Shown: positions 1-10,057, counted from the first letter of the stretch. The stretch: DNA of 54,502 nucleotides from Methanoregula sp. (GCA_022711635.1 JAKLEQ010000003.1:1-54502); one strand, 5' to 3'. The notes: generated from the letters alone by a model not told the origin. Numbers and translations are program-made.

Positions 1-314
1 CCGAGCATGACCGGGATCTTTTTGTCCTGTATGATCTCCCGGACAACTTCCACAACTTCCTCAACCATGATGTTCGGACATACGCTGACGTCGAGATCTC
101 CCAGATCCGTAAACGGGATTTCTGCAAGGTCGAGATCGAACGCCGGGACATAACTTTCGAAATTGTAGGATAATTCCCGGATTGCCCGGGGCCCTGCCCT
201 CGTTCCCGGCCTGAATGAGGTGGTGCCATCGAAAGGAACTCCGAAAATGACATAACGCGCGTCATCGTACGGTGTATCCGAATCAGCAAAAAAAGAATGT
301 GAAAAAACGTCCAT
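1..314 (-). CDS. speB: agmatinase (ureohydrolase family), N-terminal part only; the C-terminus runs off the window
   Basis: Manual reverse translation from the ATG at 314 gives MDVFSHSFFADSDTPYDDARYVIFGVPFDGTTSFRPGTRAGPRAIRELS..., a typical agmatinase N-terminus. It lies directly downstream of aIF5A, as in many Euryarchaeota. It is absent from the ORF track because it is truncated. Confidence 0.75.
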   Translation of the reverse strand, partial: MDVFSHSFFADSDTPYDDARYVIFGVPFDGTTSFRPGTRAGPRAIRELSYNFESYVPAFDLDLAEIPFTDLGDLDVSVCPNIMVEEVVEVVREIIQDKKIPVML

Positions 315-322
315 ATTCCCGA

Positions 323-700
323 TCAATCTATCTTCTTTTTGCCCATGGACTCGATGTACATTATCTCTTTTCCGACTTCGATCGACCCTTTCTTGTCTTC
401 AGGAATAATGATCTCGAAATTGGAATAATCCTTCATGTCCATCAGCTGGGCCATGTTGCCGGCAATGGAAATGACCTGTCCGCTTTTACGTTCGACGACC
501 GGAACATAGGTCTTTGCCGAGACCGGTTGAACGATAGAGCGTTTTACTCCGTCGAAAATCCCGACGCAGTCAATACGTGCTTTTGCCGCCCCATGCTTCC
601 CGGGTTTTGATGTTGCAATCCCGAGTACTTTACAGGGTTCGTCATCGATGACGATGTAACGCCCCTCTTTGATCTTTCCGATCTCAGTCTGTTCTTTCAT
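323..700 (-). CDS. eif5a: translation initiation factor 5A (aIF5A)
   Basis: 125 aa. Contains the SKPGKHGAAKAR hypusine-loop motif and has the typical length and OB-fold C-terminus. Confidence 0.95.
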   Translation of the reverse strand: MKEQTEIGKIKEGRYIVIDDEPCKVLGIATSKPGKHGAAKARIDCVGIFDGVKRSIVQPVSAKTYVPVVERKSGQVISIAGNMAQLMDMKDYSNFEIIIPEDKKGSIEVGKEIMYIESMGKKKID

Positions 701-798
701 TTATGTAACTCCAACCAGATTAATCTACAAATACGCGTTAGTAATTTATTCTTCTTGCAGTAATAAATACAACGGAAAAAGGGCAAAACGGCGCAGGA

Positions 799-1578
799 AT
801 GATGGAATTTCTTTCAGCATGCGGGGAGATGGCGCGGAGTGTTGAGGAGGCAATCGCCGATCTCGTCGGAACACCTCGTGGAGGGGAGACCATCAGGATG
901 GGGGCGGATCTGACGCCCACCAAGCGGATAGATCAGGTTGCAGAAGATTGTGTCGTTGATTTTCTCTCTGAACATCCCCTTTGCAGCCTCCTCATCAGCG
1001 AAGAACTGGGGAAAAGGGAATTTGAAGGCGGGAGGGGAACGATCTTCCTCGACCCAATCGACGGAACGTACAACGCGGTCGCCGGTATTCCGTTTTACGC
1101 AATCTCGATCGCTTTTGCCGTCGGCGGGGAAGTCCGCCAGGCATATGTCAGGAACCTCGCCAGCGGGGAAACATTTACCGCAATCAGGGGGGAATATGCA
1201 AAATGTAACGGAAGACCGGTTTCGGTTTCGTCCGTTAAGAATCTCGATGCTGCTGCGATGAGCGTCTACGGGAGGAAATTCGATCCGACGCGGGTGATGC
1301 AGCTCGGGATGAAGATCCGTCGCTGGCGTCTTTTTGGCGCCTCTGCGCTCGAACTCTGCTACATCGGGTGCGGCCGGATCGACGGTTTTATCGATCTGCG
1401 GGGCACACTGCGGGTAACCGATGCTGCTGCGGGCATGCTTGTATGTACGGAAGCTGGCGGGAGGGTGTCGGACCTCGAAGGCGGAACAATCCGTTTTCCC
1501 GATGAGGTAACGATCGGGAGATGCCTTGTCGCAACAAACGGAACCCTGCACCACAAAGTCATTGAATATCTCCGGTGA
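799..1578 (+). CDS. suhB: inositol monophosphatase / fructose-1,6-bisphosphatase family protein
   Basis: Contains the [10 protein letters not shown] metal-binding motif and a [22 protein letters not shown] region characteristic of the IMPase family. Its stop overlaps the NAD kinase start, matching the archaeal IMPase-NADK pairing. Confidence 0.85.
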   Translation: MMEFLSACGEMARSVEEAIADLVGTPRGGETIRMGADLTPTKRIDQVAEDCVVDFLSEHPLCSLLISEELGKREFEGGRGTIFLDPIDGTYNAVAGIPFYAISIAFAVGGEVRQAYVRNLASGETFTAIRGEYAKCNGRPVSVSSVKNLDAAAMSVYGRKFDPTRVMQLGMKIRRWRLFGASALELCYIGCGRIDGFIDLRGTLRVTDAAAGMLVCTEAGGRVSDLEGGTIRFPDEVTIGRCLVATNGTLHHKVIEYLR

Positions 1579-2396
1579 TTTTCATGAAGATCCTGCTGGT
1601 CTCCCGCATTGATTCTCCTGATGCCCTGACCTTCACGCGGCGCCTTGGCGATGATCTCGGACATGCGGGGCATACGATTGCTTTCAATGATGAGAGCGCG
1701 CAGATGCCGGAATTTCCGGAAAAAACCCCTGCACCTCACCATCCGGATCTTGTCGTTGTCGTTGGGGGAGACGGTACAATTCTCCGGACCGTCCAGCAGA
1801 TGAAGCACCAGGTTCCCATCATCGGGATTAACTGGGGGGAGGTCGGATTCCTCGCGGATCTCGAACCATCGGAAGCATGTTCCTTTCTCTCGCGATTAAA
1901 TGCCGGATTTTCCGTTGAGAAACGAATGAGGGTGGCATTTTTTAAGGATGGCATTCATATCGGCGATGCCCTGAACGAAGCATTAATCGTGACAAGCCGC
2001 CCGGCAAAGATGCTGCGATTTTCTGTCCTGGTTGATGGCGTTCCCGCAGAACAGTTCCGTGCTGACGGACTTCTTGTCAGTTCCCCGACCGGTTCAACGG
2101 CGTATGCGATGAGTGCCGGAGGACCGATCGTGGATCCCCGGATCCAGGGTATCCTCCTGGTACCACTTGCTCCCTATATGCTCTCGTCCCGGCCCCACCT
2201 TATCAGCAGCGATCGCAGCATCGCTATCCGGATGGAAAGCTCAAAACCGGCCCATCTTGTTATTGACGGACAGCAGACCATCAATCTCCGTAGTAACGAT
2301 ACCATTGATGTGAGCCGGTCCGAACAACCCGCCCTGTTTGTCGATGCCGGCAGAAACTTTTTTGCAAAAGTCGATGACAAACTCCGTCATCTCTGA
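1575..2396 (+). CDS. nadK: NAD kinase
   Basis: Contains the GGDGTILR motif and [18 protein letters not shown]. The GTG at 1575 overlaps the upstream stop; an alternative ATG is at 1584. Confidence 0.9.
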   Translation: MIFMKILLVSRIDSPDALTFTRRLGDDLGHAGHTIAFNDESAQMPEFPEKTPAPHHPDLVVVVGGDGTILRTVQQMKHQVPIIGINWGEVGFLADLEPSEACSFLSRLNAGFSVEKRMRVAFFKDGIHIGDALNEALIVTSRPAKMLRFSVLVDGVPAEQFRADGLLVSSPTGSTAYAMSAGGPIVDPRIQGILLVPLAPYMLSSRPHLISSDRSIAIRMESSKPAHLVIDGQQTINLRSNDTIDVSRSEQPALFVDAGRNFFAKVDDKLRHL

Positions 2397-2514
2397 TTCT
2401 TCCCGTGATCGTTTTTTTCGTTATCGTCCGACAAGTATCCCTGCGATCAGAATACAAAGCTTATCTGGTTGCAGCGTCGAACTATTTTTATCAGGTGATT
2501 TCGTGCAGGTCTCC

Positions 2515-3006
2515 ATGAAGCTCGAGATGAAGGATTCTCCGGGTCAGCTCGTGGCCGCGCTCAGGCCGATCTCAGATGTCGGCGGAAATATCATCGCGGT
2601 CATTCACCAGCGGGAACCCGGATCGCATGACGGTTTGCTGAATGTCCAGATCGTTCTCGATCTCCCTGAACGCCGTCTTGACGAACTGGTCGGGCTTTTG
2701 CAAAAGGAAGGCGTCCATATCCAAAGGATCGGCAGGGAACGGCTTCTGTACCGCAGGACCGTAATTATGATCGGCCACCTGATGCACACGGATCTCTCCG
2801 ACACGATCGACCGGATCGATTCTACCGGCTTTGCAGAAGTCTCCGAACTTGCGATGAGCATGCCTGCCATCAGCGAACGCTCGTCTTCCCGGCTCACGAT
2901 CAAATCGGTGACGAAAGAGGATATGGAGAGAGCAATCGAGATCCTGCGCAGTGTGTCCCAGGAAAAAGATCTCCTTTTAATCGAACCCCTGGAGGAAATG
3001 GCGTGA
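2515..3006 (+). CDS. ACT-domain (amino-acid-binding) regulatory protein
   Basis: MKLEMKDSPGQLVAALRPISDVGGNIIAVIH is a classical ACT beta-alpha-beta start. Its stop overlaps the GTG start of hom. The start is uncertain (GTG 2503 or ATG 2515). The longer track ORF from 2338 overlaps nadK. Confidence 0.7.
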   Translation: MKLEMKDSPGQLVAALRPISDVGGNIIAVIHQREPGSHDGLLNVQIVLDLPERRLDELVGLLQKEGVHIQRIGRERLLYRRTVIMIGHLMHTDLSDTIDRIDSTGFAEVSELAMSMPAISERSSSRLTIKSVTKEDMERAIEILRSVSQEKDLLLIEPLEEMA

Positions 3007-3989
3007 AGATTGCTGTTATTGGCCTGGGATCCGTCGGGCGGGGCGTCCTGGAGACTCTTGCAGGAAAAAATATAGGTCTCTCCGTCACGGGTATTGCGGA
3101 CTCAAAAAGCGGGTATATTGATCCCTCCGGAATTGATATAAAGAAAGTCCTGATGCAGAAGAAGAAGACCGGCAGGTGCGGGGATGCGGGGGTGACCGCC
3201 ATGGATGTTGTCAGGGAGGCGGATTACGATATTCTTGTCGAGGTCAGCCCGACCAATGCAACGGATGGAGAGCCGGCGCTCTCCTACATGAAGACTGCAA
3301 TAAAACGGAAGAAACACGTGGTTACATCGAATAAAGGACCGATTGCGCTCGCGTATAAAGAACTCAAGGCACTGGCGAAGAAAAAGGGAGTTGCCCTGCG
3401 ACACGAAGCCACCGTCGCCGGGGCTGTTCCGGTCTTTCACACCGTTGAACAAGGGTTGGCAGGTAATGATATCCGCGCTGTTTTCGGCGTCCTGAACGGA
3501 ACCTGTAACTATATCCTTACAAGGATGGCTGAAGAAGGGCTTACGTACGAGCAGGCACTCCTCGAAGCGCGGGAGATGGGGTATGCTGAAGCAGATCCCA
3601 CCTATGATGTTAAGGGAATCGACGCCGCAATCAAGCTGGTCATTCTCGCAAACACGATCTGGGGGAACGGGGTGACGCTTGATGATGTCGACAGGACTGG
3701 CATTGACCGGCTGACTCCGGAAGCGATCCGTCTTGCAGAGGAAGGGGATTGTACTATCCGCCTCATTGCTGAAGCCGATAAAAGTTCCGGCTTGCTTCGG
3801 GTTTCGCCCCGGATCATCCGGAAGAACCATCCTCTCGTTGTCGAAGGCTCGCTGAATGCGATCTCCATTGAAACCGACCTGGCGAAGGAAATTACCCTGA
3901 TCGGGAAGGGGGCCGGCTCGATTGAGACGGCGAGCGCTATTATCGGAGATCTCCTGTTTATTGCTGAACGATATGGCAGGCGTCCTTGA
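3003..3989 (+). CDS. hom: homoserine dehydrogenase
   Basis: N-terminal Rossmann motif VIGLGSVGRGV, plus NGTCNYILTRM and EADPTYDVKGIDAA motifs typical of Hom. Confidence 0.9.
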   Translation: MKIAVIGLGSVGRGVLETLAGKNIGLSVTGIADSKSGYIDPSGIDIKKVLMQKKKTGRCGDAGVTAMDVVREADYDILVEVSPTNATDGEPALSYMKTAIKRKKHVVTSNKGPIALAYKELKALAKKKGVALRHEATVAGAVPVFHTVEQGLAGNDIRAVFGVLNGTCNYILTRMAEEGLTYEQALLEAREMGYAEADPTYDVKGIDAAIKLVILANTIWGNGVTLDDVDRTGIDRLTPEAIRLAEEGDCTIRLIAEADKSSGLLRVSPRIIRKNHPLVVEGSLNAISIETDLAKEITLIGKGAGSIETASAIIGDLLFIAERYGRRP

Positions 3990-5076
3990 ACACCGGCGCA
4001 AATACCTGCGCATGCTGCGGCAGTTCACGCTTGAAAAGGGTTTTTTTACGGTAACCGAGTTCCAGCAGGCTGCGAAGATCCCAAGAAGTACGGCGCAGGA
4101 CTGGGTGAACCGGCTCGTCATCGAGGGTTGTGTAATTGTCCGGGAAGGAAAACGCGGGAGGAACGCTGCAACGTATGCATCCATCAGCGCAGTTCCCCAG
4201 AGTACCTGCCGGCGGATCTTCACAACCCTTGAGGATAATCAGATCGAAATATTCCACGACTGCCTGAGCGGTGCCTGCGCCGCATACTGCGGATTTCATC
4301 ACCTGCTTGCCGGAGGCGCGATCTCGAAGATCGAACGGGATGGAACACTCCTCCGTGAACGTGCCGCGATCGGCGTTAGGGAGACGAACGTGGGGCTCCC
4401 CCCCCTCCCCGCGGTTGCTGTGAACGGCATCGAATGTGACGGGGAATTTATTGTCCAGCATATCCGGTGCATCGGGGGGCCCGCGTATTCACTCTCCGAT
4501 ATGATGGCTCGTGCAGAAGGGGTCTGCAGGATCGAGATCAGCCGGGCCAGCCCGACAATCGAAGGGAAGGTCTGGACCCGTGCACTACGTCACATCACCA
4601 TAGGAATTGATGATACCGATTCGAAAGATGGCGGAGCGACCTTCGCGCTTGCCCTTGCCCTGCTTGCGCACCTGAGTGCTATCCGCGGCGTCCTCCCGAT
4701 CGCTCACCATGTCGCAATGCTCAATCCATCCATATACGGGAAGACCGCCGGTAACTCCGCAAGCATTATCGAGATCGGGGCAGAGCCGGACCAGTACTCC
4801 CGGGTCGTGGAGAGAGCAATAAAATTCGTTGCCGGTGAATCGCTCTCGCCAGAGTGGGGCCTCGCGATCCGGGCGGGCTTTACTATCCCCGATGGTCTTC
4901 GGGAGTACGGGTGGCTTGCCCGGTCCACAGTCGTAACCCGCCCGGTTGCAGAGGCCGTTGCAGAGCGTTTTAATGCACAGTTGTATGGGGGGAATGGTGT
5001 GATCGGTGCCCTCGGGGCAGTTGCACTCAGTGGCCTCCCGAATGAAATTCTCCTCGATCCTGGAAAAACACGATAA
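3973..5076 (+). CDS. winged-HTH protein fused to a TiaS-like (DUF1743-type) domain
   Basis: The N-terminus FTVTEFQQAAKIPRSTAQDWVNRLVIEGCV looks like a wHTH. The central ITIGIDDTDSKDGGATFALALALL resembles the GIDDTDS start of tRNA(Ile2) agmatidine synthetase TiaS. ATG 3973 is chosen over the track start at 3922. Confidence 0.5.
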   Translation: MAGVLEHRRKYLRMLRQFTLEKGFFTVTEFQQAAKIPRSTAQDWVNRLVIEGCVIVREGKRGRNAATYASISAVPQSTCRRIFTTLEDNQIEIFHDCLSGACAAYCGFHHLLAGGAISKIERDGTLLRERAAIGVRETNVGLPPLPAVAVNGIECDGEFIVQHIRCIGGPAYSLSDMMARAEGVCRIEISRASPTIEGKVWTRALRHITIGIDDTDSKDGGATFALALALLAHLSAIRGVLPIAHHVAMLNPSIYGKTAGNSASIIEIGAEPDQYSRVVERAIKFVAGESLSPEWGLAIRAGFTIPDGLREYGWLARSTVVTRPVAEAVAERFNAQLYGGNGVIGALGAVALSGLPNEILLDPGKTR

Positions 5077-5133
5077 GAATCTCACGATGTGCTCTATCCG
5101 TTATCCTGGGAAATGACCGGTCACTGTGTAAAA

Positions 5134-5388
5134 TCAAGGAACACGGAGATTACGGCAAAGATTGTTCCATCCGGGAAGATACTGCCGGGTCTCTCTCAGA
5201 ATTTTTCTTCGTTTTCCCGATATAAGATCCCTGCACCAGTCCCCAATACGTTCTGCGGTCATTTCAGGATGAAACGGGAGCGCGAGGCCGTCCCGGTAAC
5301 GGAATGCCTGGTTCCTGACCCGTCTCCCGGTGCAGATGCGATGCCCATGGCCGGGAATTCCGGACAGAAAGAATTCATAAGGAAGGGA
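5134..5388 (-). pseudogene. possible remnant of a class I glutamine amidotransferase (C-terminal fragment, no usable start)
   Basis: An 84-codon open frame on the minus strand reads ...GHGHRICTGRRVRNQAFRYRDGLALPFHPEMTAERIGDW.... The QAF...FHPE signature matches the GATase1 C-terminus. There is an upstream in-frame stop and no ATG before the motif. Confidence 0.3.
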
Positions 5389-5558
5389 TCATATCCCGAA
5401 AATAGAGATGAAACCGGGAAAATCCGGGTTCTCTATCATTGAATGCACTTTACCTGAGGCGTTAAACCTCGTCGTCTGTTACCCTGTTCCTGCTCGGACG
5501 CAAGAGAGGGGATGTCTGGTTTGATGATTCAACCGTTAACAGGTTTTTATCGGACGGA

Positions 5559-6722
5559 TCAGCCAACCCATTCCAGCATTCCGCCACCGCTTGCCTGGTC
5601 ACGGACGGTTCTTGCCTTCTGGGGCATCTCAACAGCGCGGGGGTTGGCACGCTTGTTCTCGAGTTCCTGCACGACGGTCTTATAGGACTGCCGGGTTCCC
5701 AGGATCTGGGCACTCTTGACACCGGTCATGATGGCAAGCACACGGATCTTGCCTTCCATATCATTGCGCACACGTGCACCCCAGATGACATCTGCATGGG
5801 GATCGAGTTCGTACGTCAGGGACGTCGCAACTTCCTCAGCGTCCTGTAACGTTAAGTCGGTACCCCCGGTGATGTGGATAAGGCTGCCCGTTGCACCACG
5901 GTAATCGATATCCAGCATCGGGTTGCTGAGGCATTCCCGGACAACGCTCTCTGCCTTGTTCTGCTGCTTGCTCTCTCCGACAAGCATGACCGCGACGCCG
6001 CCCTTGCTCATGATGGCACGGACATCGGCATAATCGATGTTGATGAGCGACGGTTCGGTGATCGTTTCGGAGATCCCCTTGACGGTCTCGCCGATCAGCT
6101 GGTCCATGACGGAGAATGCCTGACCGAGGGGGAGGTTCGGGACAAAGTTCTTCAGCCGGTTGTTGTCGAGCACAATTACCGAGTCGGCCGCAGATGCAAG
6201 TGCCTCGAGCCCTTCCTCTGCCCGGATCAGGCGTGCCTTCTCAACCTGGAACGGATAACTGACCATACCGACAACGATTGCGCCCTGTTCCTTTGCGATC
6301 TGTGCGACAACGGGTGCAGACCCGGTACCGGTACCTCCACCCATGCCGGCGGTGATGAAACAAAGATCAGCGGACTCGAGCAACGCTTCAAGTGTGGGGC
6401 GGGCCATCTCCGCGGCGCGCTTGCCGACATCCGGGTAGCCCCCGGCACCAAGACCCTTGGTCAGGGATTTCCCGATCAGAACGCGCTTGTCAGCCTGAAC
6501 CATGTCCAGGTGCTGCTTGTCCGTATTGATCGCAATTGTTTCCGCACCGGCAACACCCATATGGTGGATACGGTTGACGGTATTGTTCCCGGCGCCTCCG
6601 CAGCCGACGATTACAATTCGTGGCTGGCCGACGAAATCGTCTTCCATGCTGTTGGCGCCGGGCTTGTTGATCTCTTTCTCAAGCTCGGCGTTTTTCAACG
6701 CGTCGTTAATAATGCTCTGCAT
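5559..6722 (-). CDS. ftsZ: cell division GTPase FtsZ
   Basis: Contains [12 protein letters not shown] and [15 protein letters not shown] tubulin-signature motifs. 387 aa. Confidence 0.95.
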   Translation of the reverse strand: MQSIINDALKNAELEKEINKPGANSMEDDFVGQPRIVIVGCGGAGNNTVNRIHHMGVAGAETIAINTDKQHLDMVQADKRVLIGKSLTKGLGAGGYPDVGKRAAEMARPTLEALLESADLCFITAGMGGGTGTGSAPVVAQIAKEQGAIVVGMVSYPFQVEKARLIRAEEGLEALASAADSVIVLDNNRLKNFVPNLPLGQAFSVMDQLIGETVKGISETITEPSLINIDYADVRAIMSKGGVAVMLVGESKQQNKAESVVRECLSNPMLDIDYRGATGSLIHITGGTDLTLQDAEEVATSLTYELDPHADVIWGARVRNDMEGKIRVLAIMTGVKSAQILGTRQSYKTVVQELENKRANPRAVEMPQKARTVRDQASGGGMLEWVG

Positions 6723-6734
6723 ATCTCTACCCTC

Positions 6735-6911
6735 TCAAACCTTAAATGAAACCTGGTCGCTTTCCTTCAAGACACGGTTGGCACGTTTTTCAACGAGATC
6801 GCGGACAGCTGCCCGAATCGCTTCGGAAATGCTCGGGAATTCCCCGGCATCGACCATCTGCTGGAGCAGACTGATCTGTTGTTCAGGCAACCGCATCGTA
6901 ATCCGTTGCAT
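6735..6911 (-). CDS. cdrS: ribbon-helix-helix (CopG-family) regulator immediately upstream of ftsZ, CdrS-like
   Basis: [40 protein letters not shown] is a canonical RHH. It ends 13 nt upstream of ftsZ, the same arrangement as the cdrS-ftsZ2 operon of haloarchaea. The track start at 6935 lies inside a palindrome, so ATG 6911 is preferred. Confidence 0.7.
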   Translation of the reverse strand: MQRITMRLPEQQISLLQQMVDAGEFPSISEAIRAAVRDLVEKRANRVLKESDQVSFKV

Positions 6912-6925
6912 CTCGTATCCCCCTG

Positions 6926-6988
6926 TGTCTGACATATGTCAGACATCTGTCATTCATATGTCAGACAAGGAGAACCTTTGTGTCTGAC
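6926..6988. promoter_or_regulatory. palindromic operator-like array in the cdrS-ftsZ promoter/leader
   Basis: A perfect 20-bp palindrome TGTCTGACATATGTCAGACA lies at 6926-6945. A further half-site ATATGTCAGACA ends at 6967, and an inverted half-site TGTCTGAC lies at 6981-6988. An A/T-rich TATA-like stretch sits at about 7017-7029. Confidence 0.5.
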
Positions 6989-7111
6989 TGAACCAGATGA
7001 AACAAAATAACACATGAATCTATAAAAACTTTGTTCCCGACGCCTCCATCTGCTTCAAAACGAATTTATGGATTCCCACGCAATCAGAAGGGTGAATATC
7101 GGGTTTTTTTC

Positions 7112-8113
7112 ATGATTCCGGGATCGGGAAAAAAAGTACTTCACGGGGGATCCGGAAAGCGTGAATGTGAAAGGAGTCAGAAAAGGGTCCTGGATTTCAG
7201 TGCCAGTGTTAATCCTTATCCCCCTGAATTCTCATGGAACTGTGACTCTTTTTTCCTGGAACACTATCCCGATGACAGTTATGCGCGGTTAAAGGAGATC
7301 ATCGCAACGACGTTTCACCGGAGACCGGAAGAGATCTGTGTCGGGAATGGATCCATCGAGCTGATCCGTACATGCTGTAAGGTCGCCAACTCGGGAAAGG
7401 GAAGATCGTACTATACTGAGATCGCAACATTCGGAGAGTACGCATACTCTGCCGAGCTTTACGGAGGAACGCGCGCTGAGCGTATGGAAGATGCCGACCT
7501 CCTTTTCATCTGCAACCCGAACAACCCGACGGGATCACTCAGGACGCGCGAGGAGATGTGTTCATTGCTCGCCCGGAAGAAAAAGCCGGAATCTCTCCTC
7601 TGCGTTGATGAAGCCTTCATCGAACTTTCTGATCCGGCGCAGAGCCTGGTAACCATCAGCGCTACGGACGTCCTGATCCTTCGGTCCCTGACAAAATGCT
7701 TCTCGGTCCCGGGCATCCGGTTCGGGTATGGTTTTGGCAATCCCGATCTTATCGCGGAGATCGAGGCCGCACGGCTGCCCTGGACCGTGAACTCATTTGC
7801 AGAAGCTTTCGCCCTGCAGGCATTTCTCCGGTATGACGAACTGGAAAAATCCCGACGCCGCATCGTGAAGGAGAGATCCTTCCTTGAAAAAGCTCTTGCT
7901 GCATCCGGTCTTTCGAGTGCCCCGTCATCGGCGAATTTTCTGCTCGTGGAAACGGGAAATGATGTCCGTCATCTCTGTTCGAACCTGAAAGAAAAGGGAA
8001 TTCTCGTCCGTGACTGCACATCGTTTGGTCTCCCAACAAAAATCCGGGTCGCCGTACGCACACGACCGGAAAATGAGATCCTTATCCGGGAAATCGGGTC
8101 ATGCTTACCCTGA
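7112..8113 (+). CDS. cobD: class I/II aminotransferase-fold protein, likely L-threonine-O-3-phosphate decarboxylase (cobalamin biosynthesis)
   Basis: VLDFSASVNPYPP, FICNPNNPTG and RSLTKCFSVPGIRFGY (PLP lysine) motifs. Its end overlaps a CobY-like gene. ATG 7112 is chosen. Confidence 0.75.
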   Translation: MIPGSGKKVLHGGSGKRECERSQKRVLDFSASVNPYPPEFSWNCDSFFLEHYPDDSYARLKEIIATTFHRRPEEICVGNGSIELIRTCCKVANSGKGRSYYTEIATFGEYAYSAELYGGTRAERMEDADLLFICNPNNPTGSLRTREEMCSLLARKKKPESLLCVDEAFIELSDPAQSLVTISATDVLILRSLTKCFSVPGIRFGYGFGNPDLIAEIEAARLPWTVNSFAEAFALQAFLRYDELEKSRRRIVKERSFLEKALAASGLSSAPSSANFLLVETGNDVRHLCSNLKEKGILVRDCTSFGLPTKIRVAVRTRPENEILIREIGSCLP

Positions 8114-8697
8114 TCATGGCGGGAGGAGAAGGAAGTCGCCTCAATCTCGGAGAGAAACCCCTGGTTTCCGTCGGGGGCAGGCCGATGATAGCCCGGGTCA
8201 TCGATGCGTTTGATTCTTACGGGTGCAGCATTGTTGTCGTTACCACGAGTAAAACCCCCATGACCCGGAACTGGTGCCGGATCATGGGGATCGATATGAT
8301 TCCCACTGAAGGGACGGGGTATATCGGGGATATGGTCCATGCGGTCAGCGAACTCGGGGAGACCAATCCCCTCTTTGTCTCCGTTTGTGATATCCCCTGT
8401 CTCCATGCCGGTGTAATCGGGACCATCCACACGGCATACCGGGAGTGCGGTAAAGATGCCTGTTCTACATGGGTCCCGTTGGTACTTGTCCACAATCAGG
8501 AGGGTGTACGGTACGCCGGGCAGGTTGACGGAGTCGCTGCGTGCCCGGCAGGGATCAATATCCTCCGGGGGGACATTATCCGAAAGCCGCAGGAGGAGTA
8601 CCGGTTCCTTCTCGCCGAGCCACGCCTCGCACATAACGTGAATTCCCGGACTGATCTCGCCTATGTAAACGCATTTTTTTCAAAAACCGGCAATTAG
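8101..8697 (+). CDS. cobY: NTP-transferase-domain protein, likely adenosylcobinamide-phosphate guanylyltransferase (archaeal CobY)
   Basis: The N-terminal LIMAGGEGSRLNLGEKPL nucleotidyltransferase motif, a size of about 200 aa, and coupling to cobD. Confidence 0.7.
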   Translation: MLTLIMAGGEGSRLNLGEKPLVSVGGRPMIARVIDAFDSYGCSIVVVTTSKTPMTRNWCRIMGIDMIPTEGTGYIGDMVHAVSELGETNPLFVSVCDIPCLHAGVIGTIHTAYRECGKDACSTWVPLVLVHNQEGVRYAGQVDGVAACPAGINILRGDIIRKPQEEYRFLLAEPRLAHNVNSRTDLAYVNAFFSKTGN

Positions 8698-8818
8698 TTG
8701 CATACGACCGGAAAAAATTTCCAGAAATCCCTCTGCGGGCATCATTGGGGAAAAACGCGTGGAATCTGGATGATTTAAGAGAACGCATATTAACCCACAT
8801 CCCCTATTATACAGTATT

Positions 8819-10054
8819 ATGGCAGTATCGCAGGAGATCGAACTCTCCGGTCACATCATCGATTCCGGGATCATGACCCAGCTCTTTGACAAGGTCATGG
8901 ACATGGGAGGGAACTTCGAGATCCTGATCTTCGACATCGGTAAGAAGAAAGCCGATCCCAGCCACGCACGGCTCAGGATTGCTGCGGCAAACCGTGAAAA
9001 ACTCCGCTCCATCCTCTCCGAACTCCACCGGCTCGGAGCCCGACCGCTGGAAGAGAAGGATGTCCACATCGTTGCAGCTGAGGGTGACCGAATCCTCCCT
9101 AAAGGATTTTATTCTACAACCAATCACCCAACTGAGATAAAATTTTCCGGTGAATGGATACCGGTCGATTCCATCGAAATGGACTGTACGATCATCGTCG
9201 ACCGTCATGAAAAGACGGCACGCTGTTTACCTCTCGGCAAACTGAAGAAAGGAGATTATGTCGTTGTCGGTGAGCAGGGTGTCCTTGTGCATTATCCGGA
9301 ACGTCCCCGCGAACAGACCTCGTTCGAGTTCATGCACGGGACGGTCTCATCGGAACGGCCGATCGAAACTCTGATTGCCAAGATCGCGCGGGAGATCCTC
9401 GAGGTGCACCGATCCGGGGGGAAGATTGTCCTTGTCGGGGGCCCTGCCATCATTCATACCGGTGCAGCAAAATCCGTTGCGGAGATGATCCGGAAAGGCT
9501 ACATCAACGTGGTGCTTGCGGGTAACGCCCTTGCAACGCACGATATTGAGTATAACCTTTTCGGAACATCCCTTGGCATGGACATCTCCACCGGAAAACC
9601 GGTCTTTGGGGGGCATAAGAACCATTTCTATGCAATTAGCGAGATCATCCGTGCAGGTTCAATCAGGAACGCTGTTGAGAAAGGACAGGTCACGGGGGGG
9701 ATTATGTACGAGTGTATCAGGAACAATGTCCCGTTCGTGCTTGCGGGATCGATCCGGGACGATGGCCCCCTCCCCGAAGTGATTACCGATACCATGGCTG
9801 CACAGGATGCCATGCGCAGGGAACTGAAAGGGTGCAATATGGTTCTGATGGTCGCAACGCTCCTGCATTCGGTTGCCGTAGGCAACTGCCTGCCCTCCAG
9901 CGTCAAGACCATCTGCGTGGATATCAATCCTGCATCCCTCACAAAACTGATGGACCGGGGGACGGAACAGGCAATCGGCATTGTCAGTGACGCCGGGACA
10001 TTCTTCCCCCTTCTCGCAAAACAACTTGAGATCCAGAGCACGGGAAAGAGGTGA
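8819..10054 (+). CDS. TIGR00300-type protein with a LOR/SDH-like N-terminal domain (archaeal ornithine-cyclodeaminase-type family)
   Basis: 411 aa. The N-terminus IELSGHIIDSGIMTQLFDKVMDMGG and the central GGPAIIHTGA / LAGNALATHD segments match my recollection of this conserved archaeal family. The exact activity was not verified. Confidence 0.6.
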   Translation: MAVSQEIELSGHIIDSGIMTQLFDKVMDMGGNFEILIFDIGKKKADPSHARLRIAAANREKLRSILSELHRLGARPLEEKDVHIVAAEGDRILPKGFYSTTNHPTEIKFSGEWIPVDSIEMDCTIIVDRHEKTARCLPLGKLKKGDYVVVGEQGVLVHYPERPREQTSFEFMHGTVSSERPIETLIAKIAREILEVHRSGGKIVLVGGPAIIHTGAAKSVAEMIRKGYINVVLAGNALATHDIEYNLFGTSLGMDISTGKPVFGGHKNHFYAISEIIRAGSIRNAVEKGQVTGGIMYECIRNNVPFVLAGSIRDDGPLPEVITDTMAAQDAMRRELKGCNMVLMVATLLHSVAVGNCLPSSVKTICVDINPASLTKLMDRGTEQAIGIVSDAGTFFPLLAKQLEIQSTGKR

Positions 10055-10057
10055 CGT

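Noticed and set aside
3102-4223. 373-aa ORF antisense to hom and the TiaS-like gene
   Set aside because: No recognisable motifs, and an Arg/Pro/Ser-rich composition typical of shadow ORFs in GC-rich DNA. The opposite strand has unambiguous homoserine dehydrogenase motifs.
5089-5442. 117-aa plus-strand ORF between the TiaS-like gene and ftsZ
   Set aside because: No motifs and odd composition. It is better explained as the shadow of a decayed minus-strand GATase-like frame.
5874-6749. 291-aa ORF antisense to ftsZ
   Set aside because: A shadow frame of a highly conserved gene, with no motifs.
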